A DNA stretch of 49,729 nt from Candidatus Woesearchaeota archaeon (GTDB taxonomy: Archaea > Nanobdellota > Nanobdellia > Woesearchaeales > GW2011-AR9), in the NCBI GenBank assembly GCA_016203205.1, contig JACQNE010000003.1:1-49729 (forward strand), read 5' to 3'. The translations under genes and the position numbers were made by a program. Below the pieces are notes generated by a model. It saw only the letters and a list, made by a program, of their open reading frames with translations. It was not told where the DNA came from and did not search any database. Below are positions 27,733 through 38,184 of this stretch, in pieces (the first letter of the stretch is position 1; the number at the start of each line of letters is the position of its first letter).

Positions 27733-27836
27733 GAACTTTCCCACATACTTTTGAGGGCCAAATTCACCATAAAGCTTTTAAAGAGATAAAATAAAATGAA
27801 AAAATAAGAACTATTATTATCACGGGGGTTAAAAAT

Positions 27837-28382
27837 ATGGTTGCAACATGGGTTACAGTCGTTGTCGTCGTCGTCATTTTACTGGTTATCTACATCTATA
27901 ACAGCCTGATCCGGCTGCGCATGCGCGTTAAAAATGCCTGGTCACAGATTGATGTCCAGCTGAAACGGAGATATGATCTCATCCCTAACCTGATCAATGC
28001 GGTCAAAGGTTACATGAAACACGAGAAAGGCGTTTTGGAAGAAGTAACGAAAGCGCGGACATCGCTGATCTCTGGCTCTCCAAAAGACAAAGCCAAAGCA
28101 TCAAATCAGATCACTGAGGCATTGAAATCAATCTTTGCCGTTGCGGAAAATTATCCGCAGCTGAAAGCCAATGAAAACTTCATGCACCTGCAGGAAGAAT
28201 TGTCCGGAACAGAGAGTAAAATTGCCTATTCCCGCCAGTTCTATAACGATTCTGTAATGCTTTACAACGAAGCTTTGCAGGTCTTCCCTAAAAATCTGTT
28301 TGCCAAGATGTTTAGCTTTAAGTCAGAACAATTCTTTGAGGCAGGCAAGGAAGAGAAGAAGAACATTAAAGTAGAGTTTTAG
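27837..28382 (+). CDS. lemA: LemA family membrane protein
   Basis: Has an N-terminal TM segment, then [32 protein letters not shown] and [13 protein letters not shown], which is canonical LemA. It is paired with htpX. Confidence 0.9.
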   Translation: MVATWVTVVVVVVILLVIYIYNSLIRLRMRVKNAWSQIDVQLKRRYDLIPNLINAVKGYMKHEKGVLEEVTKARTSLISGSPKDKAKASNQITEALKSIFAVAENYPQLKANENFMHLQEELSGTESKIAYSRQFYNDSVMLYNEALQVFPKNLFAKMFSFKSEQFFEAGKEEKKNIKVEF

Positions 28383-28385
28383 GTT

Positions 28386-29282
28386 ATGGGCATCTACGAT
28401 GAGATAGCCTCTAACCAGAGGCGCACGTACGTTTTGCTTTTTTTCTTCTTTGCGCTGGTTATTCTTCTGGGTATGATCATTGGGGCGATGTATGGTAGTA
28501 CATATTTTGGTGTCGGATTCGCCACGGTGATTGGCATCCTCTATTTTTTGTTTAGTTATTATGCAGGCTCCAATGCGGTTCTAACTATGACCGGAGCTCA
28601 CGAAGCGACCAAGCCAAAATATACGCATCTCATCAATACCATTGAAGGCTTATCCATCGCCGCGGGATTGCCCAAAGTTCCGGCAGTATACATCATTGAA
28701 GACAGCGCTTTGAATGCGTTTGCCACTGGCCGTGATCCTCAGCATGCATCCGTCGCAGTAACTACTGGATTGCTGGAACGATTAAATAAATTAGAGTTGG
28801 AAGGGGTGCTTGCCCACGAAATTTCGCACATTAAAAATTTTGACATTCGGGTGATGCTGCTGGCTTCAGTTATGGTTGGATTAACCGTCCTTTTATCAGA
28901 TTTCCTTTTGCGTAGTTTCCTCTGGGGATCCCACGGAAACAATCGCGAGAAAGGTTCCGGAACCGCGATCTTAATTGTCGTTGGATTAGCTTTGGCCATC
29001 TTATCACCCCTGATCGGCGAATTGATGAAACTTGCCGTCTCACGAAAAAGAGAGTTCTTAGCGGATGCTTCTGGTGCGATGCTCACCCGTTATCCGAAAG
29101 GGCTGGCTGATGCGTTGCGCAAGATTAAAGACGATCCAGATCCTTTGGTTGATAAAGCCAATCGGGCAACGGCCCACTTGTTTATTTCGACGCCGTTTAG
29201 GAAGACAAAAGGGACATTCACGAATCTGTTTAGTACGCATCCAGATATTAATGAGAGAATTAAAAGATTGGAAGGTATGTAA
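28386..29282 (+). CDS. htpX: HtpX-type M48 zinc metalloprotease
   Basis: HEISHIKNFD (HExxH), a downstream EFLAD glutamate, STHPDINERI, and four TM segments are present. Confidence 0.9.
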   Translation: MGIYDEIASNQRRTYVLLFFFFALVILLGMIIGAMYGSTYFGVGFATVIGILYFLFSYYAGSNAVLTMTGAHEATKPKYTHLINTIEGLSIAAGLPKVPAVYIIEDSALNAFATGRDPQHASVAVTTGLLERLNKLELEGVLAHEISHIKNFDIRVMLLASVMVGLTVLLSDFLLRSFLWGSHGNNREKGSGTAILIVVGLALAILSPLIGELMKLAVSRKREFLADASGAMLTRYPKGLADALRKIKDDPDPLVDKANRATAHLFISTPFRKTKGTFTNLFSTHPDINERIKRLEGM

Positions 29283-29283
29283 A

Positions 29284-29640
29284 ATGAGGAATATTGCCCC
29301 GCAGATCACTAGACAAAGATTAGTTGTGGAAGGTTTTTTTACCATTCCTGTTCAGAAAAAAGAGATTATTGATTTCTTCAAAGGAATAACTAAAGAATTA
29401 AAATTAAGGACGTACGGAAAGCCGACGATTCATGCCACGGGTAATAAAGGCAAGAGTATCAATCAGGGGTTTGATGCATTTGTACCTTTAATTGATTCAG
29501 GGATCGCTCTTTATGTTTGGGGAAATGCCCAGTTCTTTTCAACAGTGATTTACACTTGCAAAAGATTTAACGTAAAGAAAGCTGTGAATTTCACAAAGCG
29601 TTTCTTTAAAGCGAAGAAGATTGTCTATAAACAGTTTTAA
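29284..29640 (+). CDS. S-adenosylmethionine decarboxylase-like (SpeH/PF02675-type) protein with DS in place of the ES processing site
   Basis: FVPLIDSGIALYVWGN...VIYTCKRF parallels ..ISESHLTIHTWPE...DLFTC.. of class 1B AdoMetDC. The start was trimmed to the ATG at 29284. Confidence 0.5.
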   Translation: MRNIAPQITRQRLVVEGFFTIPVQKKEIIDFFKGITKELKLRTYGKPTIHATGNKGKSINQGFDAFVPLIDSGIALYVWGNAQFFSTVIYTCKRFNVKKAVNFTKRFFKAKKIVYKQF

Positions 29641-29643
29641 AAA

Positions 29644-30294
29644 ATGACTCAAAAAAAGTTTTGGGAAGATCCGTATTTAACGCAGTGTACGGCTACGGTA
29701 ACAGAAATAAATGGTCCTAAAGTCAAATTAGATCAAACGATCTTCTTCGCATTCTCTGGCGGACAAGCTTCTGACGAAGGCACAATCGGCGGCATCAACG
29801 TTATTGAAGCAGTTAAGCAAGGAGACAAAGAGAACATCATCGACATTGAATATACCTTAGAAAAAGAACCATCATTTAAAGTTGGCGAGAAGGTAATCAT
29901 CAAAATCGATCCGGATCGTCGGCGAAAACTGCGTAATTTGCATTCCGCGGCCCACATCTTGTATTATCTCTCTCAAGACTTTATCGGAAAAGTAAAGATC
30001 ATCGGCTCGAACATTGCCCCTGAAAAAGCAAGAATGGATTTTCTGTATGAAAAACCGTTGAATGAACTCATCCCTCAACTAGAAACAAAGATGAATGCTT
30101 TTATCACGCAAAATAATCCGGTCACCATGAAGAATGATGACAGCAAATCAGATCTGCGCTGGTGGACGTGCAGCGAATGGAAAATGCCCTGCGGCGGGAC
30201 GCATGTCCGCTCCAGCGGAGAGATCGGTCCGGTAAGATTAAAAAGAGTGAATATCGGCAAAGGAAAAGAAAGAATTGAAATATTCCTCCAATAG
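29644..30294 (+). CDS. alaX: AlaX-type alanyl-tRNA editing protein
   Basis: HSAAHIL (HxxxH) and CGGTHV zinc-binding motifs of the AlaRS editing domain are present. Confidence 0.85.
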   Translation: MTQKKFWEDPYLTQCTATVTEINGPKVKLDQTIFFAFSGGQASDEGTIGGINVIEAVKQGDKENIIDIEYTLEKEPSFKVGEKVIIKIDPDRRRKLRNLHSAAHILYYLSQDFIGKVKIIGSNIAPEKARMDFLYEKPLNELIPQLETKMNAFITQNNPVTMKNDDSKSDLRWWTCSEWKMPCGGTHVRSSGEIGPVRLKRVNIGKGKERIEIFLQ

Positions 30295-30311
30295 GTAAAC
30301 AAGGTTTCCTC

Positions 30312-31259
30312 ATGACACAATTAGATTTGTTAGTCGTTAGCAATGCCATCACGGATAAGGTTTACCATGTCAGTGCTGCTGTTCTTCAGGGTCTAGATTT
30401 ACGTCGTGGGGCAGAGCATCGTGCTGCGCTTCGTTCACAGATAGAAGAAAAACTAAAGGATATTCCTAAAGCCTACGAAAGCCCTGCCGGCTCGCCGGCC
30501 AATGTTGGATTTTCTGCTGCCGTTTTGGGAGCGAGAGTTGGTCTTATCGGTTCGCTCGGCGGCGATCATCTCGGTACGAAATATCGAGAGATGCTGGGCA
30601 GATACGCAGTTGCTGACCACACTCAACTTTCCACTACTTACCCCAGTGGTGTTTGTTATACGTTGATTACTGAAGATGGGGAACGGACATTTCTCAATCT
30701 GATGAACGCCGCTCCCCATTTTGATTTAGACCAAGCACCAATTTCGGCAAAGATCATCCATACTTCCTGTTATGAGATTGTGGACAAAGAAAAAGAGTTC
30801 ATCGGTTATCTTCAAAGAGCCAAAAAAGCAGGCGCCAAGATAAGTCTGGATCTCGCTGATCCGCATACGTGTCATAAGATCGGCAATGGTCAGACGATGC
30901 GGGCTATTCTGGATCTTACTGACATTCTCTTTGCCTCTCCGGAAGAATATGCCGCTGCTGTCGGGAAGGAATTTGATTCTTTCTCTGAACATCCTTGCAA
31001 TAACCAGGTGGTGTGTTTAAAATTGGGAAAACGAGGATCTCGCGTCTTGGCAGAGGGGATTGATCTCCCCATTCCGATTGTTTCAACAACCGTGATCAAC
31101 ACCAATGGCGCGGGTGATGGCTATGCTGCCGGCTTCCTCTTTGCCTACCTTCAGAATACGGATTTAGCCATGTGCGGGATGTATGGCAGTTCTGTCGCCT
31201 CCCAGATCGTTGGGCAGGTCGCAGCAAGCCTGCCTCTAAACCAAGAAGTACGTATTTAG
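30312..31259 (+). CDS. PfkB-family carbohydrate/nucleoside kinase
   Basis: GSPANV near the N-terminus and NTNGAGDGYAAGF near the C-terminus are PfkB signatures. The last three codons and the stop lie inside MITE A4. Confidence 0.8.
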   Translation: MTQLDLLVVSNAITDKVYHVSAAVLQGLDLRRGAEHRAALRSQIEEKLKDIPKAYESPAGSPANVGFSAAVLGARVGLIGSLGGDHLGTKYREMLGRYAVADHTQLSTTYPSGVCYTLITEDGERTFLNLMNAAPHFDLDQAPISAKIIHTSCYEIVDKEKEFIGYLQRAKKAGAKISLDLADPHTCHKIGNGQTMRAILDLTDILFASPEEYAAAVGKEFDSFSEHPCNNQVVCLKLGKRGSRVLAEGIDLPIPIVSTTVINTNGAGDGYAAGFLFAYLQNTDLAMCGMYGSSVASQIVGQVAASLPLNQEVRI

Positions 31260-31501
31260 TTAAGTCTGTGCGGGCTTGGTCAAGATGGCCTGCCGAACGT
31301 TGCTGTTGGACAGAAAGATAATTCTCGCTCATCTCTGAGTATAGTTCTGGAGAGAAGTTGATTACACTTTCTGGGCGAGACGAGGCAGGCCGGCCTGCCC
31401 ATGCATAGACTTAAAGAAAATCCTGAAAAGAGGCTACAAGAAATACAACAGAGATTGTATTTCTGTACCGAAATGAAATAGTTTTTTCATGTAATACGTA
31501 C
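31248..31501 (-). mobile_element. MITE family A, copy A4 (inverted), carrying an 80-bp nested insert
   Basis: gtacgtatttagttaagtctgtgc...gcatagacttaa[80 bp]tacgtac. The interior aligns with A2 and A3. Confidence 0.85.
31415..31494 (-). mobile_element. nested element Y (short relative of X) in the MITE A4 terminus
   Basis: Sits at the same ttaa position of the family A terminus as X. It shares agaaaatcctgaaaag at one end and gaaatgaaat...tcat at the other. Confidence 0.6.
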
Positions 31502-31509
31502 TGCTCGTC

Positions 31510-31665
31510 GGCATAATCTTTTTTTGAGTGATGGTGAGCACACCAGTGGAATGACTAGATTTAAGAAATTTCAGAGACACAGAAGAAAATCGGACCGGTT
31601 CCCAGATTATAGCTATCCTTCAGCGACTATTTGGCTTCACTATCACTCACCTTTTTGATTGTGCC
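31510..31665 (-). mobile_element. MITE family B, copy B3 (inverted relative to B1)
   Basis: ggcataatc...gattgtgcc. The interior is the reverse complement of B1 (gaaaatcggaccggttcccagattatagctatccttcagcgac). The flanking octamers tgctcgtc and tgttcatc match at 6 of 8 positions. Confidence 0.8.
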
Positions 31666-31668
31666 TGT

Positions 31669-32694
31669 TCATCTCTTTCGTAAAAGCCAGATCCCAGAAG
31701 CTCCTTCGCCGCGTTTTATTTTCTGCTCTGAGATTAATTCAAACCGATCAGAGATGGGTAGTTCCCAGTGGTCTCTTCCAAGAATCAGGATTGTCCCGCC
31801 ATCTTTCAAGAGCAGTCTTGCCTGATAATACAATTCATTTATTTTCTCTTCATCTTTGGACGTGATGATGAATATCATCCGGTCAAAATAGAGCTCTGCA
31901 TAATGTGCATCGAGATCTTCTAAAGATAAATGGCGGAGGTTAATGCCTTGTTTAAGATGGGCAAGGGCAACATTCTTACGAGCCGCCAGGACATTGGAGA
32001 GTGAACTGTCAAAAGCCTCGATGATGGCAAAAGGATGGGGAATAGTTTCTTTAACTGAATTTTTTCTGATGGGAAGATAACCGGCATATAACCCTGCTTC
32101 GATAGCAAGAGTGCCATCTTTAACAAAACCGATCAATAATTTTTCGCCGGGAACATAACCACTTTCACGGATAAGCCAATACGCCAGATCACCTTTGAAT
32201 ACGGCAGAATGAGGAAAAACGCGGTATCCACGACCATTTAATTCCTGATTGTAAAGATCAATGCCGATGATATATTCCTCACCGGTGTAATAGACAATAA
32301 CCAAAACATCTGGTTTCTTGTAATTCACCTGTGCGTTAATCTTGTTATTCTTAAAAATCGTATCCAAGACGTTGTAGACAGATTTGGCAATAACCTGGCG
32401 CTGATCCTGGCCAGCCACATTTTCAACCTCGATCTTGAACGTGGCTTTGCTTTGGAAATAAGATGAAAGATGCTCTTCGATCTTGCATTGCTCCACCTTC
32501 TTACAACAGCCTAAAACAGCAAGGAAGCGGCGTGGCGCCTGCATGTGAAATAAAAGTGTCTCGATTGTTTCTTTATTTTCTGAAGAAAAAATAACTGCAT
32601 TCTCCTGAACATCACTTTTGATCTTTGTTAATTCAAAGAGTTCCTGTTGGGTAAGGACAGCCAGGCCCGGACTGGCTAAGAAAGCATATCTCAT
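31669..32694 (-). CDS. THUMP-domain RNA methylase-like protein with degenerate catalytic motifs
   Basis: The N-terminal THUMP-like region and UPF0020-like order are present (..DGTLAIEAGL.., ..AFDSS...AARKNVA..). The expected GxGT SAM loop and (D/N)PPY motif read KDGT and IITS instead. Confidence 0.4.
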   Translation of the reverse strand: MRYAFLASPGLAVLTQQELFELTKIKSDVQENAVIFSSENKETIETLLFHMQAPRRFLAVLGCCKKVEQCKIEEHLSSYFQSKATFKIEVENVAGQDQRQVIAKSVYNVLDTIFKNNKINAQVNYKKPDVLVIVYYTGEEYIIGIDLYNQELNGRGYRVFPHSAVFKGDLAYWLIRESGYVPGEKLLIGFVKDGTLAIEAGLYAGYLPIRKNSVKETIPHPFAIIEAFDSSLSNVLAARKNVALAHLKQGINLRHLSLEDLDAHYAELYFDRMIFIITSKDEEKINELYYQARLLLKDGGTILILGRDHWELPISDRFELISEQKIKRGEGASGIWLLRKR

Positions 32695-35150
32695 TGCGGG
32701 TGATTCTCCCCGTCTTCTTCTTCAATGATGATTTTCGCGGCCGCTGCTAATCTATCCCCTTCATTAAGGCGCATGACCCGGACGCCTTGCGTGACCCGGC
32801 CAATCGATGATATTTCTGCACATTTAAGACGGATACCAATTCCCTGACGTGAGATGAGCATTAATTCTTCAGAACCATCAACAAGCATGATCGCCTGAAC
32901 AGGCCCATTTTTATCGGTAATCTTAATGTTAGTGACACCTTTTCCTCCGCGGTTGCATAAGCGGTATTCGGACACGGGAGTACGTTTGCCACACCCTTTT
33001 TCGGTGAGAGTCAAAATTTCACGGCCTTCCTCAGCGGCAAGCATGCCGATAACCTCATCTTCTTTTTCCAGACGAATTCCCCGAACACCATGGGCTGTCC
33101 TTCCCATCGGACGGACATCTTCTTCATTAAACCGGTTGGCCTGGCCGCCTTTAGTGGCGAGGATGATTTCCTGATTGCCCGTCGTGTAACGTACGTTAAC
33201 CAAAGTGTCTTCTTCATCAAGATTGATGGCTCGGATTCCGCCGCGGCGTGGGTTGGAGAATTCCTGTAGAGCTGTTTTCTTAACGGTTCCTTTTTTTGTT
33301 GCCATAAAGAGATATCCTTCTTTAAAATCGCGGACGGCAATGACCGCTGTCGCTCTCTCATTAGGCTGCATCTCGACGAGGTTGGCAATATGCTTCCCTT
33401 TTGATTCGCGGCTGCCTTCGGGGATATGATACACTTTTAACCAATAGACTTGGCCGTTGTTCGTGAAGAACAGGAGGTAATCATGGGTGGAACAGGTGAA
33501 TACTTTTTCCACAAAGTCTTCTTCTTTCATGCCCGCGGCACGGATGCCTTTCCCGCCACGTTTCTGGATGCGATAGACATCAGGCGGCAGGCGCTTGATA
33601 TACCCCGAATTGGTTATCGTGACGACAACTTGTTCGTCCTCAATCAACTCCTCCAGATCAAAATCTCCATCTTCACCGGGAACGATGCGAGAACGACGGG
33701 CATCACCGTAACTTTTCTGGATCTCTTCCATCTCTTCTTTGATCAGCCCCAGTACTTTCTGTTCAGAACCGAGAATTTCTAAGTAATATTCTATTTTCTG
33801 AAGGAGTTCGACATGTTCTCGTTTGATTTTCTCCTGTTCCAAAGAAGCTAGTTTCTGCAGACGCAAGTCCAGAATTGCCTTAGCCTGTTCCTCAGTCAGT
33901 ACAAAAGTGGATGTCAGGAAGACTCGTGCATCATCGACTGTCCGGCTGCGTTTGATGCCGGCAATGACTTGATCTATATTGTTCAGGGCAATCAATAAGC
34001 CTTCCAGGATGTGAACACGGGCACGAGCCTGGGTAAGATCATAATTGGTCCGACGAATAATAACTGTCTTGCGGTGTTCGACATGCTGCTGAAGCAGATC
34101 TTTCAGCCCAAGGATTCGCGGTTCATTATTTACCAGAGCGAGGAGTGTAATCCCAAATGAAATTTTTAAGCGACTGAATTGATAAAGTTGGTTAAGGATG
34201 ACCTGAGGGTCAACATCACGGCGCAGTTCAATGACAATACGAATCCCTTCCCGATCAGATTCATCGTTGATATTACGGATACCAATAATTCTTTTTTCAT
34301 TAACTAAAGAAGCGATCTGCTGAATTAACTCCTCTTTATTGACCTGATATGGTATCTCGGTAACGATGATCTTATCGCTGTCTTCAATATGAGCGACCGA
34401 TTTGATCGTGACTTTGCCTCTCCCTTTTGCATATGCATGAAGCAGACCGGCACCGCACATCACCTCTCCCCCTGTTGGGAAATCCGGGCCGGGAACGATA
34501 GACATCAGTTCTTCAATATTTACATCAGGATTGTCGATAATGGTTGTTATCGCTTTGGTGATCTCAATGAGGTTATGGGGGGGAATACTCGTGGCCATCC
34601 CGACGGCGATACCAGACGAGCCATTGACCAGAAGATTGGGGATGACGGTGGGAAGGACAACTGGTTCTTTTAACGAACCGTCAAAATTATCCCGAAATTC
34701 GACAGTTTCTTTATCGATGTCTCGGAGCATCTCCTCGGCGAGTTTGTTTAATTTGGCTTCGGTGTACCTCATTGCAGCGGCGTTATCACCATCGATGCTC
34801 CCAAAGTTGCCCTGTCCTTTAATCAGAGGATAACGGAGTGAGAAATCCTGAGCCATCCGGACAAGAGAGTCATATACGGCAGTGTCGCCGTGAGGGTGAT
34901 ATTTTCCTAAAACTTCCCCGACGATCCGGGCGCATTTCTTAGACGGTTTATTATGGAACATGCCCAGATCATACATCGAGTAGAGAATACGGCGGTGGAC
35001 TGGTTTGAGCCCGTCACGGACATCAGGCAGGGCGCGGCCGACGATGACAGACATGGCGTAGGTAACATAGGCCTCTTTCATCTCTTGTTCAATCACGCGG
35101 GGGATGATCTTCTCTGTCCGGGCTATGTTTTTGGGGTCTGAATCTGCCAT
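32691..35150 (-). CDS. gyrA: DNA gyrase subunit A
   Basis: [26 protein letters not shown], the catalytic AAMRYTE, and C-terminal beta-pinwheel repeats are present. An ATGA overlap joins it to the downstream gene. Confidence 0.95.
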   Translation of the reverse strand: MADSDPKNIARTEKIIPRVIEQEMKEAYVTYAMSVIVGRALPDVRDGLKPVHRRILYSMYDLGMFHNKPSKKCARIVGEVLGKYHPHGDTAVYDSLVRMAQDFSLRYPLIKGQGNFGSIDGDNAAAMRYTEAKLNKLAEEMLRDIDKETVEFRDNFDGSLKEPVVLPTVIPNLLVNGSSGIAVGMATSIPPHNLIEITKAITTIIDNPDVNIEELMSIVPGPDFPTGGEVMCGAGLLHAYAKGRGKVTIKSVAHIEDSDKIIVTEIPYQVNKEELIQQIASLVNEKRIIGIRNINDESDREGIRIVIELRRDVDPQVILNQLYQFSRLKISFGITLLALVNNEPRILGLKDLLQQHVEHRKTVIIRRTNYDLTQARARVHILEGLLIALNNIDQVIAGIKRSRTVDDARVFLTSTFVLTEEQAKAILDLRLQKLASLEQEKIKREHVELLQKIEYYLEILGSEQKVLGLIKEEMEEIQKSYGDARRSRIVPGEDGDFDLEELIEDEQVVVTITNSGYIKRLPPDVYRIQKRGGKGIRAAGMKEEDFVEKVFTCSTHDYLLFFTNNGQVYWLKVYHIPEGSRESKGKHIANLVEMQPNERATAVIAVRDFKEGYLFMATKKGTVKKTALQEFSNPRRGGIRAINLDEEDTLVNVRYTTGNQEIILATKGGQANRFNEEDVRPMGRTAHGVRGIRLEKEDEVIGMLAAEEGREILTLTEKGCGKRTPVSEYRLCNRGGKGVTNIKITDKNGPVQAIMLVDGSEELMLISRQGIGIRLKCAEISSIGRVTQGVRVMRLNEGDRLAAAAKIIIEEEDGENHPQ

Positions 35151-35281
35151 TTTAAGAGTGGGTTTTGTCGACGATAAATCTGCTATTTTTGGAGAGGCTG
35201 GGCCTTTATAAAGATTGTGCTTTTGAAATGGGCTTTTGTTTTCAGGCTAAGATTTATAAAAAAGCAGGAAGATTTCAAGTT

Positions 35282-36283
35282 ATGAAACGCCGAAAGCTTT
35301 TGCAGCTGCTGGGGGCAAGAGGGTTAGTTGCAGCTTCCGGATTATTCTTGATGAACAAGGATTCTTCCGAGGAAATTTTTGCCGGCGAGCCGATCAGGAT
35401 CACCGCGGCATACCGTCAAAGCATCACCAACCAGCATTTGTTGGAGGTTCTGATTCAAAAAGAAAATCTTCCGATCCTTGAACATCTTATGGAGCAAGAG
35501 GCTGCTTCGTTTACTCAATTATACCATGAGAATTTTCCGGATGCCGAAAATCACCGCCAGAACACGAGGATTGATTGCCGGACATTTGATCATACGCAAG
35601 GACAGCTGGATTTTGGGAGAATTGCCACTCAAGATGAGCTGACCGTAATCTCTGGTAATGTCAAGATTTTTGTCCACCACTTCTTACATATCCCCAAGCT
35701 CTCCCCCTGTCTGGTACAATATAATCCAGAAGCAGAAAATGAAAATAGTTGTTTTTATCGGTGGAGTGCGTTGCATATGCAGGGAAGCATCCACTTGCGC
35801 CGACTTCATTTTGTAGATCTGCTGCCGGCCATTGCCCATGAATATGCACATCATGCCCTAATTGCGGGGATGGGTCTGCCTTATGAACCATTTATTTCAA
35901 ATGAACCATCTTATCAAATATTCAAAGAAGGCCATAGTTTTGCTGTTGAGAAAGCAATCGCCCAACAGAAATATGAAGAAACGGGAAACAGAGCATATTT
36001 GTATGCTATTTCCGATGCTCTTGTTTTTCTTCGAGATGCCTACATTTTTGTCAGTGAACAACATTCTCAAAATCCAAATAAAAATCTCCTGTCTTTAGGG
36101 CGACTTACCTGTGATGATAGAGTGCCCATTGGTAGATACATTGACTTTGTTCTCCACTATTTTGACCCCCATTGCAGTGGTGGAGCGCTTTTCCTCGTTG
36201 AGGAATTCAAGAATCACGAAAAAAAAGATGCGCTCCAGATCATCTGCCGGGAAGCAGTGCACGGGAGGTATGTGTTTTCGTGA
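35282..36283 (+). CDS. hypothetical exported protein (twin-arginine-like signal) with HExxH motif
   Basis: MKRRKLLQLLGARGLVAASGLFL lies at the ATG at 35282. AHEYAHHAL is the only catalytic-looking motif. Confidence 0.4.
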   Translation: MKRRKLLQLLGARGLVAASGLFLMNKDSSEEIFAGEPIRITAAYRQSITNQHLLEVLIQKENLPILEHLMEQEAASFTQLYHENFPDAENHRQNTRIDCRTFDHTQGQLDFGRIATQDELTVISGNVKIFVHHFLHIPKLSPCLVQYNPEAENENSCFYRWSALHMQGSIHLRRLHFVDLLPAIAHEYAHHALIAGMGLPYEPFISNEPSYQIFKEGHSFAVEKAIAQQKYEETGNRAYLYAISDALVFLRDAYIFVSEQHSQNPNKNLLSLGRLTCDDRVPIGRYIDFVLHYFDPHCSGGALFLVEEFKNHEKKDALQIICREAVHGRYVFS

Positions 36284-36449
36284 CGTTCAGGATTATAAAA
36301 GATAATCAACTCTTTTTCTTTATTGATGAACCTTACCCAAAACCAGCTTTTTATATCTTATGCAAAAAAAAACCTTAATACCAATTTCTAACTTTTTTAA
36401 CTGACAGAAAAATATCTCCTATTGCAAAACTAAACGAGGTGTTTTATCG

Positions 36450-37529
36450 ATGAACAGAAAAGTCCATATTGTGGGAACGGGAACCATCGGGGAGCCGCTG
36501 ATCGGCTTGTTTACGCGGCATGCGCAAGAATGGGAAATCGAAAGGGTATCATTTCATAAAAGAACACCATTACCAAACGATCGCTCAAAAGTGCTGAATT
36601 TAATCAAAGCTGGAGCGGTGCTTGCCGTCGAGGATGCCGTCCGAGGAGAATTTGAGAGATTGGGGATGCAGGCGGAGTTATCATCAGAAGAAGCTTTAAG
36701 TGAAGCAGATGTGGTGATTGACTGCACACCCGCGGGTAATGATCACAAAGAAAGAATCTATCAGCACCTTGACGGCCCAAAAGGCTTCATCGCCCAGGGT
36801 TCAGAATTCGGATTCGGCAAGCCCTACGCCCGAGGGATCAACGACCAAATGCTCGTGCCTGAAAAAGATAGATATCTTCAGGTTGTAAGCTGTAATACGC
36901 ATGCCCTCGCTGCTTTGGTCAAAGTGATCGGGTATAATGGTACGACTAGTGATCCCGATGTTGGAAACATGATCGAGGGGAAATTCTTGTTTATGAGGAG
37001 AGCGACGGACATATCACAAGATGACGACTTTTGCGCGTCACCGACCGTGGATCAACACAAAGACCCGCAGTATGGAACACACCATGCCCGTGATGGAGTT
37101 CATCTTTTCCGCACATTGGGAATAGAGCCGACCATCTTTTCTAGTTCAATGAAAATCCCGAGTCAGTATATGCACGTAACTCACTTCACAATAACGGTGC
37201 GTGATCGAGTGACAGTAGAACAGCTGGTAGAAAAGATTAGACGGGATGAGTATCTCGCGGTCACGCAGAAAAAAACAACAGGCAGTGTCTTCAGTTTTGG
37301 TCGGGATCACGGGTATTATGGACGGATCTTTAACCAGGCGATCATTCCCGTTAGCGCTTTGTACATCTCTGCCAATCAGGATAGCTATAATGTCACCGGT
37401 TTCGGCTTCACCCCGCAGGATGGCAATTCGTTGTTGAGTTCGACTTCAGCCGCTCTCTGGATACTCGACCCGGAACGTTATGGACAGCAGCTGGAAAACT
37501 TGAAAGATTATGTGTTTAAAGAGATTTAG
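36450..37529 (+). CDS. divergent type II (archaeal-type) glyceraldehyde-3-phosphate dehydrogenase-like protein
   Basis: VHIVGTGTIG (Rossmann), VVIDCTPAG, VVSCNTHAL (catalytic Cys context), MRRATD and YMHVTH follow the order of archaeal GAPDH. Confidence 0.55.
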   Translation: MNRKVHIVGTGTIGEPLIGLFTRHAQEWEIERVSFHKRTPLPNDRSKVLNLIKAGAVLAVEDAVRGEFERLGMQAELSSEEALSEADVVIDCTPAGNDHKERIYQHLDGPKGFIAQGSEFGFGKPYARGINDQMLVPEKDRYLQVVSCNTHALAALVKVIGYNGTTSDPDVGNMIEGKFLFMRRATDISQDDDFCASPTVDQHKDPQYGTHHARDGVHLFRTLGIEPTIFSSSMKIPSQYMHVTHFTITVRDRVTVEQLVEKIRRDEYLAVTQKKTTGSVFSFGRDHGYYGRIFNQAIIPVSALYISANQDSYNVTGFGFTPQDGNSLLSSTSAALWILDPERYGQQLENLKDYVFKEI

Positions 37530-37535
37530 AATGGA

Positions 37536-38183
37536 TTATTTTTCTTTGTTTTTTTCTTCTGATACAGAATTCATCTCGCCCATCGCTTTCTTGATTTCCT
37601 CTTTGGCCTCTTCTTTATTTAGATCCAATTCAACCAGACGCTCGACCTCATCGGCTTCTTTATGTACTTGTTCGGCTTCGTTCAGAACATCAATGGGTAC
37701 AAACTTGAGAAAAGCCTGCTTTGCTTCTTCACTAGGCAGGTCAAAATATTCAAAAAATTTCTTTGTCAGCTTAATCTTGAATGTGCGGCCTGTTTTTTCT
37801 TTCGCAATATAGCCTTGCTCTTCCAGAGCTTTGAGATGATCATACGCCGAGGCGCTCCGAAGCTTGATCACGTCCGACTGAACGATGGGATATTTCCAGG
37901 CAATAACCGCCAGCGTTTCCATCAATGGGCGTTCCAATTCCGTGCTGGAGACAATGCTGCTGACCAGAGGGATGAATTCGTCCCGAACGGTTAGTTTCCA
38001 ACCGCTTTCTTTCTGGACTAGACGCAGGGAATGGTCGCGAGAATTGTATTCCTGCTGGAGTCCAGCAATGATCTCCTCAGTCCGTTCAATAGTAAGAGAG
38101 CACAGGCTGGCGATACGTTCAGTTGTTATCTCTTTGCCTACGGCAAACAAGACAGCTTCTACTTTTTTGGGATCATTCTCCAT
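37536..38183 (-). CDS. scpB: segregation and condensation protein B
   Basis: VEAVLFAVGKEIT...LSRPLMETLAVIAWKYPI-type tandem winged-helix pattern is present, with a long charged C-terminal tail. Confidence 0.8.
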   Translation of the reverse strand: MENDPKKVEAVLFAVGKEITTERIASLCSLTIERTEEIIAGLQQEYNSRDHSLRLVQKESGWKLTVRDEFIPLVSSIVSSTELERPLMETLAVIAWKYPIVQSDVIKLRSASAYDHLKALEEQGYIAKEKTGRTFKIKLTKKFFEYFDLPSEEAKQAFLKFVPIDVLNEAEQVHKEADEVERLVELDLNKEEAKEEIKKAMGEMNSVSEEKNKEK

Positions 38184-38184
38184 C

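Noticed and set aside
29065-29283. N-terminal 73 codons of the 191-aa ORF 29065-29640
   Set aside because: This part overlaps the 3' end of htpX in another frame and is Arg/Cys/Leu-rich nonsense. The AdoMetDC-like homology begins at the ATG at 29284, right after the htpX stop.
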